Shown here in pieces: positions 38,001 to 56,036 of a DNA stretch of 64,000 nucleotides; position 1 is the first letter of the stretch; each line of letters begins with the position of its first letter. The notes under the pieces were generated by a model, which worked only from the letters and a program-made list of their open reading frames with translations, did not search any database and was not told where the DNA came from. Made by a program: the position numbers and the translations under genes. The stretch covers positions 186,001 to 250,000 of the forward strand of contig JAQGDQ010000176.1 in the NCBI GenBank assembly GCA_030141605.1. Direction: 5' to 3'. This DNA is from Tubiluchus corallicola. Lineage: Eukaryota; Animalia; Priapulida.

Positions 38001-40449
38001 CTATTATACAGTACATCCATTAATTTTAAACATTTTCTGTTTCATGTTCAACTAACGCAATTATTACGTTTTGGATTAATATTTGGTTCAACTTAGCAGG
38101 ACTGTAGTGTATAGGATAAAGTTGCGGCAGTTATGATAAAGCTAGGGAATTTATCTGAAGTTATCCATTTCGAAATTTATTGCGTGTAGTTTCATTGAAA
38201 GTTCTTGTCGACAATTTTCGAATTTAGCGATTTGATGCATATTAGCAATATAAAGCAGAAATATAAAACTAACAATAAAGCCTTTGGGCATATAAATGCC
38301 GTATATTGCTGAACGTTAAATGGACAAAAAGCGCTATTCTGATTACTCTGATTATTCTGATTCTGAAGGGAAAACAATTCTGATTTTGGCCAGCTATCCT
38401 GCTTATACAGATTTATTTTATATTCCTCATTCAGAACAAGCGTTCTATTACATACTTTAGAGTAATGGCCTACATAGCGTGCACAATATAGAAGCACTAG
38501 TACTTACACGCAGAAGGTGCAACACTGAAAAACAATCATTCTGTCATTTTTGATAAAATGAAAAATCTTACGATTGTTTTTGTTTTGGTGGCACGGATTC
38601 ATTAATGACTTTTAGGAATATCATTGTTTTATTTTTGTATCACTAATGTTGTTATGAGAGAGAATGTTTGAATTGAAAGTTAAACAGAGGCAAAGCGCTA
38701 ATATATAAATGAATGTGCAGCAAAAGTTATAACAAAGGTAGTGATAAAACCCAGAGCAACAGATAATAATAACAGCAAGATAATAGGATAATTACCACAT
38801 ATATGGCCTAATGTTTGTGATTATCGTGATAGTTTCAAGGTAAATCTGAGGCGCGAACAGCCAGACAACGGCGATAACAACACAACTGAGGCTTCCGGGG
38901 AGCCGTCACGTTCTCAATAATCAAGTGCGGCTATGACTATCGACTACTGAGCAAAAATCTTTTACTTGAAGCTCAACTGAGATGCACTCTTGCTGCATGT
39001 TAAATGTGTAGCTTTCTCCGGTGTGGGCGAATTCTCTCACACTGAAAAATCCTGAAACGATGAAATCCACGAGACATTCGTAGCGAACCACTCGGCTACT
39101 TTGAGCAAAAAAAACTGTTCTGCTATTACAACATCAATGTGTGCTCAACAACAGTTTAATCATGTCTTATGCATCTATTAAAGGCGATCGGATATTGGAC
39201 CGGATATTTACAAAACAGATAGAAAGGTCATATGTTTTGTCTTGGTTTGGGATTGAAGCAACCCTTTTAGTAAATGCCTAACTAAATTAGCAACTTTGTG
39301 TCTAGTTACGTACCTGAGAACAGTGGCGGACAGCAATCACAACAAAAACTATAAAATCTGTTAATGGTGAAACTTTTATAAACGTCGTCAAGTTTATACA
39401 GTAACAAAAAAATAAGCTGCATGTTCACAAATCTCTTCGTCGAGGTAAATGCAAGTAACCAAGCAATAAAACTGGCCTTCCATTGACAGAATTTTCAGTT
39501 CCAAAACAGACCTCCGACGAAATGAGACCTTGAAGCCCAATGGAGTCATAAACAAGAATTTATTGACATCTGACAAGAAAAGTGTTCACAAATCAACTTC
39601 ACATTTAGAGAAATATGACAGCTTTGGGTGTTGTCTGTACAATAATTCAACAATTACCGAAACGGTTTGTTCGATGAGGGTGCAATGTCGATCGTAAAGT
39701 GTGTACTTTAAGTTATTTTACACGACAAATGTTATAGAAGGTTAAAAACTTAGCGTATCATTTTCGATTTCATGGAAAACTACATAATTTATTTTAAACA
39801 AAAATTAATAATCAAGAATTTAGGTGTACTTGCAAATCGATACTTGTAATGACTGATGAGCTTGTGGAAACTTTGTTACGTTATTGAGACTAAAATGATT
39901 GTCAAAATATTGTATCGATTATATCTGTCTGTGTGCCAACACTCGATATGAAACTACACAGTTCTGAAAAAGGAGCAAACGCTACCAAAGATAATAAACA
40001 ATTAATGTTTGTTAATTAACAAAAAACACCATTTATAGGCGTAATACGTGTAAAGTCAGATTTAACGTTTTATTTCAAGTGCTTCCTGATTTGTAATGCT
40101 CTAAAGAGTTAAAGATTGGATGTACAAAAACAGAAGACGAATTATAAATAAAAGATCACCTTATGAATAATTAGTGTCTTTAAAATGATTGAGTCTCCCA
40201 GTAATGAAATTACTTTTTTTGCGATTGCACAGTTTATTTCATTTCAGTTAAAAACCAGAACTGAACAAAACAATCGAATCACATCTTTTGAAACTATTTA
40301 ATAACAACTGATTCTTTCTCATTTGACTTTCATTACATACCATCAGAATTTTGCATTTTAAATTTTAATGGTACATTTATCATATGTGTTTATAATATAT
40401 GCGTCGTGTGTGAAATCAGCTGCATGGTTTCGAAACTTTTTTGCGTAAA

Positions 40450-41084
40450 AGGGCCATCCACATATAACGATATCAAGTTTAGGGTAGGCAGGTGGCAGGA
40501 CACATGATAACGAAATTATACCACAAGTGTTTTAGTTACGATATACTTATCTGACTTCACGCTTTTTTTCATTCGTACGTGCCAGCAGCAGACGACTCTA
40601 CTAAGGCGCAGCCTTTTTGCGCTGATCCCATTTTTGTCAATTTCTTCGTGAAATCTGGGTCGATGAGAAAGAGTTCAGTGAAACGGGGCTGTTACCGCCT
40701 CCACCGCCGGTGCTAGTAGAATCCACTGATGATTTCGTTAATTAGCACAAGTGATGTTTTGCCTGTCCTTGGGAGAAGGAAGAATAAAATTTAGAAAAAA
40801 ACTACATCGGTGAGATATCGATATCGATATAAGGGGTAGGTAGGTAGTGGGGCATATGATAACGTCGTTCTAATGTAAGGCGGGCAGGTTCTCGAAATCG
40901 GCCAAAAATTGTTATTATTATTATTATTATTAATTCTTTATTTGTCATTGAAATGGTTCACTCATTATAATAAAATTGAGTAAGCCTCAGCGTAATGTTA
41001 AGATAACAACACTGTTCAAGACAAATGCGTCCAGTGCATACTAAAAAAAATTAAACTTGATATCGTTATTATGTGGATGGCTCC
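40450..41084. mobile_element. MITE with about 31-bp TIRs (Zator/PIF-Harbinger-like termini)
   Basis: Left AGGGCCATCCACATATAACGATATCAAGTTT versus right AAACTTGATATCGTTATTATGTGGATGGCTCC; AAA on both flanks; internal direct repeat gggtagg(c/t)aggt(g/a)g...atgataacg. The superfamily call is inference. Confidence 0.8.
40911..41052 (-). mobile_element. Short 3' tail of a LINE/SINE nested inside the MITE
   Basis: Minus strand ends ...caatgacaAATAAAgaatt(aat)n; it is inserted between cggccaaaaattg and the right TIR. Confidence 0.45.
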
Positions 41085-41183
41085 AAAATAGTGAAAATAC
41101 ATTCGAAAAACTTTTTTACTTACAACCCCAAAAAGGTATCTAAATACACTTCATTGAAATTAAGCGTTGACTGTTTCTTGCAG

Positions 41184-41257
41184 TGCTGACAATCGAAGAA
41201 ACCAGTTATAAGCTTGGTGCAAAGTAATGTGATTCGAATGAAACCAATGTCTGTCAG
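41184..41257 (+). other. Candidate 74-nt upstream (5' UTR) exon
   Basis: Acceptor ctgtttcttgCAG| and donor CAG|GTGAGT are both near consensus; it lies upstream of the SOL-1-like exon that needs an upstream splice partner. Confidence 0.4.
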
Positions 41258-41354
41258 GTGAGTGAGGGGATGCTGATCGCTATACAAAAGCCGTAACAAC
41301 TTTGAAGTGACGAACGAGGTACGTGCTAATTACCATCTTCGATTAATGTTAAAT

Positions 41355-41380
41355 TATATATATGTATATATATATATGTA

Positions 41381-41456
<76 letters not shown>

Positions 41457-41472
41457 TGTATATATATATATA
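41355..41472. repeat. (TA)n microsatellite with TATG interruptions
   Basis: Read directly. Confidence 0.95.
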
Positions 41473-43120
41473 TTTGTATTACTTGTAGGTTAATGGACTA
41501 GCGCTGCTAGAAAATCGTTCATTGTAGATCTACAAAAAGAACTACATACGGACACGAAAAAACACAAAGTATACTAGGAAGTAGTACTAGAAAGCGTCTA
41601 GTAAAATAACAAAACTTTCTCTCCAGATGCCGCCACCATCTTGCTGCCGCCAGCTGGCTTGCTGTATGTGCATTGTCATTCATTTTTCGCGATGATCATC
41701 TCAGCTGGAAGGGAGGCTGATTGATATAAACAAATTGAATTTGAAGCGAAAAATGATGGAAGCTTCTTTAATCCGACTTGCATGGTGAAGGATCACTTCC
41801 AGTCTCCTTCCTCTAATGCAATTATCGAGAGCTGCTCATGAAAGACTCGAGTTTGTTTAGATAAAATGGTCTAGAATGATCGCCTTTGTGCTAAAGCACT
41901 TTTCCACAAACTCATTTATCAACGTATTATTAAAACTAAAATAGGGTACTCAGCGAAATTTAACATAAGAGCAGGCTTCTATGTGTACCGTTGCAAAGCT
42001 CAGAATTCGAAATGACAGAATTATTTATATGAATCCACGTGTTTGTAGGTTTGAAAAAGAGATGTATTTTCTACACCATTATATTGTCAGTAAAACTCAT
42101 TGTTTTCCTTGATCAAACGATTTATGCTTATTTTTTGTTTAATTCTTGCCCTCTGCAAGACAAATTACTTATATGTTATCTTAATAAGAGCTCGACGGCG
42201 TCTATCAGCCCATTTTTAATCGTCCATTTCCGAATTAACTCAAAGTTTTTAAAGGTACTCTAGGCCAGTTTGCAAGTACATTTTCTTAGTCACCTGTTTT
42301 TACCAAACCAGTTTGTGCAGAATTAAGCGTTGTAGCAAAGTAATTTTAATTCGAAGGTATGTAACTTCATTGTATTTGTTATGTTCAGCCCGGCATTGGT
42401 AAACGGCCACAGCACGTATCCTGCATGTTCAATTCATGCTATTATTCACCTCTCTCAAACCACATAAACAGTCTTTTGTCATGAAAGAAATTAAGATTTT
42501 ATTTATATATTTTCGTATGTATTTAAAGCGAAGTGTAGTAAAAAGCGGCAAGTAACGCTCAGCGGGAACTTTCATTGACGTGACCTGTTCGATTAAATCA
42601 GGGATTTAATGAGTAGAGGCCCCATTACTAAGGGTTTTGTGACTCAGATCCCTCGTATTCCCTTCACTTGTGTACATCTCCAATCTTGTGTAGACATATA
42701 ATTGTTTTATTGGTCATTAAGTAATTTCAAAGTGAGTTCAAGGTGTTGACATAAATGCACGCATTGAATTTTCCTTCTTCAAGCATGGTGCTTCATTGGA
42801 CATATTTAAGTTACTAAACTGTGAAAGTAACGGTGTATCTCTGTGAAATATAGGTTTAGCTACAAATAACAGGTTATGAAGGAAGTCAAGAAAAATTGCT
42901 AGTATTGGAAAGGTATAGATGATACAGAGGAAGTAGCTCAGTGTCGTCTCTTAGTCGCCTGACCTTATTTTGTAGACATATTTTGTGACGTTTATTATGG
43001 GTTATTCGTTTACATGACTAAATGATTGGCATTATAACGGAACGAAAATCAACAATGATGTGTTGAATGACTCTGCAGTTCTGTCATAGAATAGTCATAT
43101 ATGGCGAATTAAGTAAACAA

Positions 43121-43299
<179 letters not shown>

Positions 43300-43886
43300 A
43301 AAACTGCTTATGATCCAAAGATCCTTACTTGTTATATAAAGGACCACAAATGCTATCAGAAACCAGTATACTAATATTAACTTTAATTTCTTACGTGATG
43401 TTTTTAATTCTAACAATGTAATCGATAGAATAATTGCAGCTGCGGAAATAAAGAATTTATATGATACTTGAATTTATATTTATCTAAATCAACATTCATT
43501 CAAAAATATTATTTAATCTTACATTTGTCTACAAAAGTCTTATAAATTAGTTCTTCATTTTAATTGAGTGTTATATTTGTCAGACTTTTTATATTTTAAC
43601 TATCTGAAATGATTTTGTTGTAATCGCTTCGTTCATTGTAAGTCTGTGTTTTTAGCTGTATGACCATTTAGATTCTTCGTTACCGATATTGTTTTTTTAA
43701 TTTGGACTAACTCTTTACAACTTTGAATGTGATGTATTATTAATATGCTTTATCCCTGTTAGTCAATAAATTCAATAATATATAAATATACAGACATATT
43801 ATCGATACAGAGTTCATCACCGCACTATCACGTACCCAGGCAAAAAGACGAATAATTGATGTTTTTGACCTATGACTTTTGGCAAG

Positions 43887-44381
43887 CTGTAGCGGATAGC
43901 CCTATAGGCTGAACAGGCTGAAGCCTAAGGCCCGGGATCAAAAGGGGCCCGGCAAAATAAAACGAAAAATTTTTTTTTGTTGTAAAAAAAATAAATTGAC
44001 AAAAGAGCAAGTGGCTCGCCAAAATAAAATATAGAAAAAAGTTTTTTTTTTCAAAAGTCAGTCACTATATTTCAAATCGGGTTTACACAAATCAAGTTTA
44101 CACAATTTAAGTTTACACAATTCACGTTTACACAGTTTAAGTTTAAGTTCAAAATTTCAGTTTCCGAATTTTTCTGGGGACAAAGTCAGTTATAATTTCT
44201 GAAAAGTCCATTTTTTTCAACATATCTGACTCAATATGCATCAGTGATAAATTGTTTAATTTGTCATCCTTTACAAACGACGAGAACTCCACAAAAACAC
44301 GTCAGCTCAGCAGTGTAGCAACATTTAAAAGGCCCGTTCCAAGCTCAAGCCTAAGGCCCATAAAATCATAATCCGCCGCTG
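43887..44381 (-). mobile_element. hAT-superfamily MITE, copy 1 (495 bp), 8-bp TSD TTGGCAAG
   Basis: TTGGCAAG at 43879-43886 and 44382-44389; imperfect TIRs CTGTAGCGGAT..ATCCGCCGCTG; near-identical inverted copy at 48261-48667; internal 15-bp repeat aagtttacacaa. Confidence 0.92.
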
Positions 44382-44511
44382 TTGGCAAGAACCCTAAGAC
44401 AAAACTCGCAAAAAGAATAAAACTGCGTTCATCTATAAGTCTCCTTTTATCTATGGTATCCGGGACAAAAAAGCAGGTGGTGAAAAACTAGTTTTACTTG
44501 CCACATTTACT

Positions 44512-44617
44512 TATGGTGATGATGATGATGATGATGATTGATGATGATGATTGATGATGATGACGACGGTGACGACGATGACGATGACGACGAGACAATT
44601 ATGATGGTGATGATGAG
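44512..44617. repeat. (GAT/GAC)n triplet tract
   Basis: Read directly. Confidence 0.9.
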
Positions 44618-45048
44618 TGAACTGCAACCAATCTATTTTATTTAGGTTTAAGGTTTTGCTGGTTAAAGACAGAAATCTTTTAAGAGTTATTGTTTTGCTG
44701 AGCTCACTGTACTGCCTTATACACTTATCTCCATCGTCGTTCAAGTTAATGACGCGGATGAGCACACTAATAATATACGATGTCTCAACTGTCTGGCTCT
44801 GTTCCTTACGTGATTATTAAATTAATTAGATCTTCGTGAAGGAAATATAAAATACTAAAGACAGATAAATAGTTAGAGAAATCAGCAGACTGGCAGGTAG
44901 ACAAACAAGCAAGCGAAGAAATAGAGGACCAAATTGCGCTACTTGTCAGTAAAAGCACTTTTGTTCCTGTTAGTAATCAGTTTCATTTTTTAATAATTTT
45001 GGTTTAATAATATTTAGGTTTAGATAATTTTATTTTCACATCACCTCA

Positions 45049-45152
45049 CTTATTTTCAGAACACAATACATCTAATGAAGTTATTTACATTCAAAAAAGC
45101 AATGAATGTTGTGGGAAGAAGGGAGGAGCCTAGCTTTCGAGCGCTTCACTCG
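45049..45152 (-). mobile_element. Diverged 3' UTR fragment related to the LINE at 32305-35010
   Basis: gttatttacattcaaaaaag...tgtgggaagaagggaggagcctagctttcgagcgcttc parallels gttattacattgaaaaag...tgtgaggaggaggaaggagcattgagctttcgagtcctcc (32358-32440). Confidence 0.6.
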
Positions 45153-46760
45153 AAAAAATGAGATCATTAATGACTGATAAAATACAAGAAAAACAACTTC
45201 ACTAACTGATGGTGTGGAGCATCAAATGTGCTAACAATGTTTACATAGTATTACAATACATTTGTGCTACATGGATGCCTGCATATTCACTATCGGAAGT
45301 CATTCCGGTTGTTACTTGCTACGAATTTGTTGTGCTTGTCTGCTTTTTATGCAGGTTTTTCTAAAACCTAGGGGTTGCTTTTGTGTAAGTGAAGTTTTCA
45401 ATTATGTACAATGTAGAAAAGTTTTCAACTTGGACTTATACAGGTTCTTTCAAAGCCTGCGGCACCAAAAATGGACGATTAAAGCTGACTTGTCAGGTAA
45501 AGCATCATTACTTGCTGGCCTCATCCATGCCAAATAAACGGGGTGTTGGAAAACAAATTATTAATGTACGGAGAAATCAATGCTAACAAAACACAGTTCG
45601 GTATTTGCTACGGTCAATGTGTTGCAATTTGCTTAATGCTATTTAAATTCCCGATTATTCAACTTCTCAACTTAATTTAGGTTTTCTAGATGCTTGACAT
45701 AAAGGCTTTCTCTGCCACTACTAAATAATGGAACAACCATGTGCATAATCTACTGCTGCCGGTCAAGCGCAATGATATGTTGATTTAGTAAAGCAATGTT
45801 TGTTTGTTGAAAAGTATATTGCGTTCGTGTTTTCTTGTATTTTCCCTTAATCTGTTTTGCTGATAGATAAATTTGCTTTTCACCGTGCAACGAACATGTC
45901 GACGATGTTACTGAGCTCGTAATTTGTGCGTCGTCTAGGAAAAAAGAGTTGACTTTGTTCAGTCTTGTGTAACTCTTAGCAGGGTACAATGCTGGATTTT
46001 TTGCGAAGAATAATGATTCAAGTTGAAGTAATCGTCGTGGTGAACATGTGTTTGGATTGACGTGAGGATGAATAACAATGCAAGCAACATGAGCTTAACA
46101 AATGTGACTGTATTTGTGATCGTGTTTTGTGTAAGCAATTTTTGCTTTTGCTTAGACAGTACCTAAGTAATACTGAAATCACGTGTTAGATCTTGGAAAA
46201 AATACTTATATGCGTAGTTGTGTATCGCCATATTGTCTGTTTGCTTAAAATATTGTTAAATGAGCGTGAATGAAGATCATGTAAACTAATCATCACATCT
46301 TCATCAACGTCATCATTATTATCATCATCATCATCGCTGATCGTCGTCGTCATCATCATAATTTTCATTATTACTATCATCATCATCATCATCATTTTCA
46401 CCGAAAACCAACTCAAAGCCATCAACTACCGCATTAACACAGTCGAACGTCAGTCCTTCGTCTGCACAGCAGCATTCTTAATGAGTTTAGTTTTTGAATT
46501 AAATTTTCATTTTATTTATTTTAGACTTAACTTTATAGTTTTGCTAACAGACATTATTTTTGTTATTTATTTATTTATGCAACTATCCCAATAAATTAAT
46601 TGTGTTTCAATAATTCGAAATGAATCCTATATAATAATAATAATAACTGTAGCTTTTTGTCTTAATTTCCGAATAGGATAATTCTAATATTGGAATCAAA
46701 TATCATATACACGTGCATCATACAGATTCAGCGATTTGTCAATTCATCCATACGTTCTAA

Positions 46761-46870
46761 CTCCTAGCTCAGCTCATTTGGTTGGCAAGTTGCATTTGCA
46801 CCCTAATTATGTAAAACGGGAATTCTTGGGTTCAAATCCTATCAGGAATGATTTTTATCGCATTTTTACA
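46761..46870 (+). pseudogene. tRNA-derived pseudogene or SINE head
   Basis: A-box-like TAGCTCAGCTCATTTGG, perfect B box GGTTCAAATCC (46829-46839), tcct..agga acceptor-stem remnant and T-run terminators after it; the cloverleaf is not intact. Confidence 0.55.
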
Positions 46871-47697
46871 TACCATGCATTAATATATGCAAAATTTTTG
46901 TATAATTACAATCTTGTTCGCAATAGTATACATTTCGCCACCGTGTTGTTCTTGGCGGAAGTCTAAATAAGCGAAAACTTTTAAAACATCAAAATAAAGA
47001 CCCTTTTACTGATTTGATGATTGGTAGGAATATGATTTGCACCTGCAATATGCACTGTCTGAATTTTTTAATTAAATATTTAGTACATTTCTTACATGAG
47101 AAGCTAAAGAATCATTCTTGAAAGTAATAGACGTATATATTGTAATGGAAAAGACATTAAAACATTCAACTTTCGTTCAGATCTAATCATTTATATACGG
47201 TTCATACATGTTGTGAATAGAATGTCTAGACCAAGGCTTAATACCTGGCCATTATTTATCTAAAAAATCGTATAGAAGCACTGTTCTCCAAAAAAATCAA
47301 TATATTTTCACTGATTCGTCCTCGGGCTGGTATTTCTCAATAACAGGTATTTCTTGACAGTTCCATGTTCCTTATTTATTTCTGTTCGCTTTTGGAATTT
47401 GCCTTGAGCGGATCGGTTCATCTAATACAATTAACTAGTTGTAACAGCAGCTAAGTAGAAGTTTCGAAATGTTCTTCGAAATGAAATTCAAAAATAATAT
47501 CATGAGCATTGTGGGCTATCGACAAAAATAGCATTTCATTAAACTAAAAAATCTAAGATTAACAAAAGCATTAAGGTACTAACACTTAAGTGAAAGTTAT
47601 ATATATAACTTGTACTGCAACATCAACCGATAGTAAAATTATAGTTGCTGTACTAACACTTTCCATCTACAGCAGAATCTTCTTGATTTACCCCCTG

Positions 47698-47765
47698 TTA
47701 TTATTATTATTATTATTATATTTGTTGTTGTTGTTGTTTTTCTTCTTCTTCTTCTTATTATTATT

Positions 47766-47809
<44 letters not shown>

Positions 47810-47812
47810 TAT
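47698..47812. repeat. Compound triplet microsatellite (TTA)(TTG)(TTC)(TTA)(TCA)
   Basis: Read directly. Confidence 0.93.
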
Positions 47813-48260
47813 TAAACTCGGACTAGAATCACGAAACTCAAGGGATATACTCACCAGGTAAGGGGATTTGTGTTCATATGTCATCCGTTACTCACAGGTC
47901 CAAGATTTTAGCAACTAAATACACACGTTTTGTTTTGTAAACACTAAACACAATGTCATTGCACATGCAATTTGAAATTTGCTCATTCAAGTCAGTTACT
48001 CCAGTTTAATTTTTTATAAATCGCAAATCTGTTGTTACTGTTATTTGGTTCCTTGTTGTCATATTAGCTGCTGTTGCTGTTGTTGTCGTGACCGCGTAGT
48101 TGGCGTTGCTGTTGTCACTGTCGTTGTTGTTGTTGTTGTCGCTGTATTTTTTATACAACTACAACGTGGACATCAATTTTTTTAATTACTGTATCTAAAA
48201 ATCGACCTTTGACAGGACTTATTATAACTCTTTTTACTATTTTATCAGTATACCAATAAA

Positions 48261-48667
48261 CAGCGGCGGATTATGATTTTATGGGCCTTAGGCTTGAGCT
48301 TGGAACGGGCCTTTTAAATGTTGCTACACTGCTGAGCTGACGTGTTTTTGTGGAGCTCTCGTCGGGCCTTTTGTGGTGCCCCCAGAAAAATTCGGAAACT
48401 GAAATTTTGAACTTAAACTTAAACTGTGTAAACGTGAATTGTGTAAACTTAAATTGTGTAAACTTGATTTGTGTAAACCCGATTTGAAATATAGTGACTG
48501 ACTTTTGAAAAAAAAACTTTTTTCTATATTTTATTTTGGCGGGCCCCTTGCTCTTTTGTCAATTTTTTTTTACCAAAAAAATTTTTTTTCGTTTTATTTT
48601 GCCGGGCCTCTTTTGATCCCGGGCCTTAGGCTTCAGCCTATTCAGCCTATAGGGCTATCCGCTACAG
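48261..48667 (+). mobile_element. hAT-superfamily MITE, copy 2 (407 bp), 8-bp TSD CCAATAAA
   Basis: CCAATAAA at 48253-48260 and 48668-48675; termini CAGCGGCGGAT..ATCCGCTACAG; subterminal GGGCCTTAGGCTT(G/C)AGC near both ends. Confidence 0.92.
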
Positions 48668-49334
48668 CCAATAAAGTCATGTCACCTCATTTGAACGTCT
48701 GAGGTATCAAACGATCTATCTATGTAAGACGATCAGAAAAAGCGGAAAACAAAAAACGACTTTCAGGTCGGTCGTTTTTCGGTAAAAGGCTTTGTAATAT
48801 TAAGAACGAACGTCTCATTAAGTCTAAATGTAGTACTACGAATAATTTGAAAGCTTAGAGACTTAGATGTTTGGCAAATTTGTAAACAGTTTCAAGAAAA
48901 ATTATTGTTGGGCCTACGTAGGCAACCTTGGACTATAGTGGAACATTCGCGCGATATTGAACATTTGTAAGTAAATCCATTGGTGTTTCAGTGTCAAAAT
49001 AATTCCGACTTTGCTCAAAATGCGTTTAGGGTGCTGTAATATTGCATTTTCTGGCACACTGATTGTCTAGCCAAAGTAATTGGTACGCTGCAGCTGGGTC
49101 TTCATCAAACAAACAATTTTCAAAACGACATTTGTTTAGAATTTTGTTTAAAAAGCAAAAAGCAAACGAAAATTTTACCAGAATCTTCCAAACAACTCTT
49201 ACATTAAAATTATAAGCAATTAATTAAGTGGGCTTCTTCTAAATAAACACACTATCTTTGTCGTATAACTGGAGAAATACTTTGTTTTTTGTATTACATG
49301 TTGTTTTTTCATTGCTGTTTTTTTGCCTTTGCAG

Positions 49335-54081
<4,747 letters not shown>

Positions 54082-55993
54082 GTAAGTGAAATTTGCAAAA
54101 TGTGCCATTTTAAATTATTTACTTGCTTTGCCTGCATGTTGGTTATTACTTTCTTATTATTAGTCAATTAAACATGTAATCAATAAATCATTTCTCATTT
54201 CATTTCCATTGCTCCCACTTTTCACAAACTCATTAGCAAGAGGATTATTCAGTTACGTCTTTATTCCCCAATAGATGTCGCCAGCAGCCTGCAACAAAAC
54301 TCTGTTGTTTTTAGTGTTGGAAAGTGTGGAACAGCAGGACGTATTTGAGTCAAAAATCGCACAAATTTGCAAAAGTCATAGAACAGGTGAATGGCAACAA
54401 TGGTTGAGGGGCGGTTAAGGAACAAGCTTCCTGTCTTTGCTCAGTTTGCTGTATACACGAATTAATCAGTATACTCGAAAGCTAAGATGGTGGTTTTTGT
54501 TTGTAAGTATGATGATTAAGGACCTCCAAGCACAGTGAAAGCATTTTATTACTCGGTGAACCTGAAACTATCGGCATGAAAGCAGTTTGCCGGAAGGCAC
54601 GGCAAATTTGGTAATATATATTTTTAATAATGAAGATGTCGAAAGAAGCTATTTTGGGATAATGGGGTGACAAAGAGGCAGATTTTCAAATATCTTACGT
54701 GTTAAAGTATCTTTCAGTAAACACGAGATGAAATGCATAAATTTTAAGGTAGCAGCCATTTGAGAATCTCAGGCTACATTAGTGCACAAATGTGGTGCTC
54801 TTTAAAGTGAATGTGGTGTTCAAGTATGTAACAGCTATTTAAAAATGGTGCGCAAAATGTGACTGCACATTATTTCTACATGTCCTAAAGTGGGGACCTT
54901 GAGGACACTTATGTAATTAGATATACAATCATCGCAAAAAGCTAGGTACCGGCACAGATATCGTAGTATACTACAAGATTCTTACGTGAAAATAAATTGG
55001 ACCGTTTTAGATGTTTAGGTGTTTCTTTTCAAAATTCAACAGAGGCCTGGGTATTAACCATTCAGCGACTTTTTTCGACTTGTTCATTTGCGCGTTTCTG
55101 CCTGCCTGTTACCCACTTCCCACAAGAACTGTGTCATCGTATATACACATATTCTTAATAAATATTAAACTCTTTTGCATACTTTTTGAAAGGTAGCTTA
55201 CTGGTGACCTGTACATGTAAAACTAGAAAACTGACATCAAAAAAGTAAAAACACACTTAACTAGGTTATATAGATTATCTGTACAGTGATTGTGAAAGTC
55301 GATAAAAAAACATCGCATAAAAAATGCTAGCTAGAAATTTCGATATAAATGTTTAGATGCATGCCAAGAGAGTCCAGGAAACCAACATTTTGATCGGTTT
55401 CAGTGAGCTTACAGAATTGCTACACGCTAATTTCTTGACATGATTAAATTCTCTTAGAATACTCAAACGAAAATTATATTTAAAGCGGAACTTATACAGG
55501 TTAAGCACTGCTAAGATTAAGATTAAGTTTATGATTATATGAGACTATCTCTTTTTCTTTTTGCACCTCACTTTTCAATCTCACTTTATTATCGATTTGC
55601 ACTGTGACATCTGATTCAACTCTTGAATGAAAATGTTATGTATATTCGCTCGAATCAGTCTGCACTTAGCCTTCGTGTCTGTTTTTGGATCTGCTGTGAA
55701 TATCATACCCCTTTTGCTTAGCTGCCATGTAAAGTGAATAGGTGACTCTGACTGATTACGTACTACCAGGATGAGAATTCAAGCCGGCTCTGCTAGGTTG
55801 GGCCATGTTGCCTTACTGCGGTTATTCCCTTTCACTGTAATCTAGCCAAATTCTCAAGAAATGAGGTGGAATTTTCTTTAGTACAATATACATAATAGAC
55901 TTTTAACATTCTAGGACTGGTCAATGAACTTTCGTCAAATTGCCCGAAAAGGTCGGAATCCCTTCTCGGTTCTCGCAACTTCTGACCTTATTC

Positions 55994-56036
55994 GTTGCTA
56001 GGGCAACCAGGAAGCTGTCAAATGGAAATGATTGAT
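55994..56036. promoter_or_regulatory. RFX X-box plus MEIS- and PBX/HOX-type motifs, candidate enhancer
   Basis: GTTGCTAGGGCAAC (55994-56007), CTGTCA (56015-56020), TGATTGAT (56029-56036). Confidence 0.35.

Noticed and set aside
38940-39045. Minus-strand HTGE, resembling a C2H2 zinc-finger linker
   Set aside because: No flanking C-xx-C or H-xxx-H pattern, and the frame stops shortly after.
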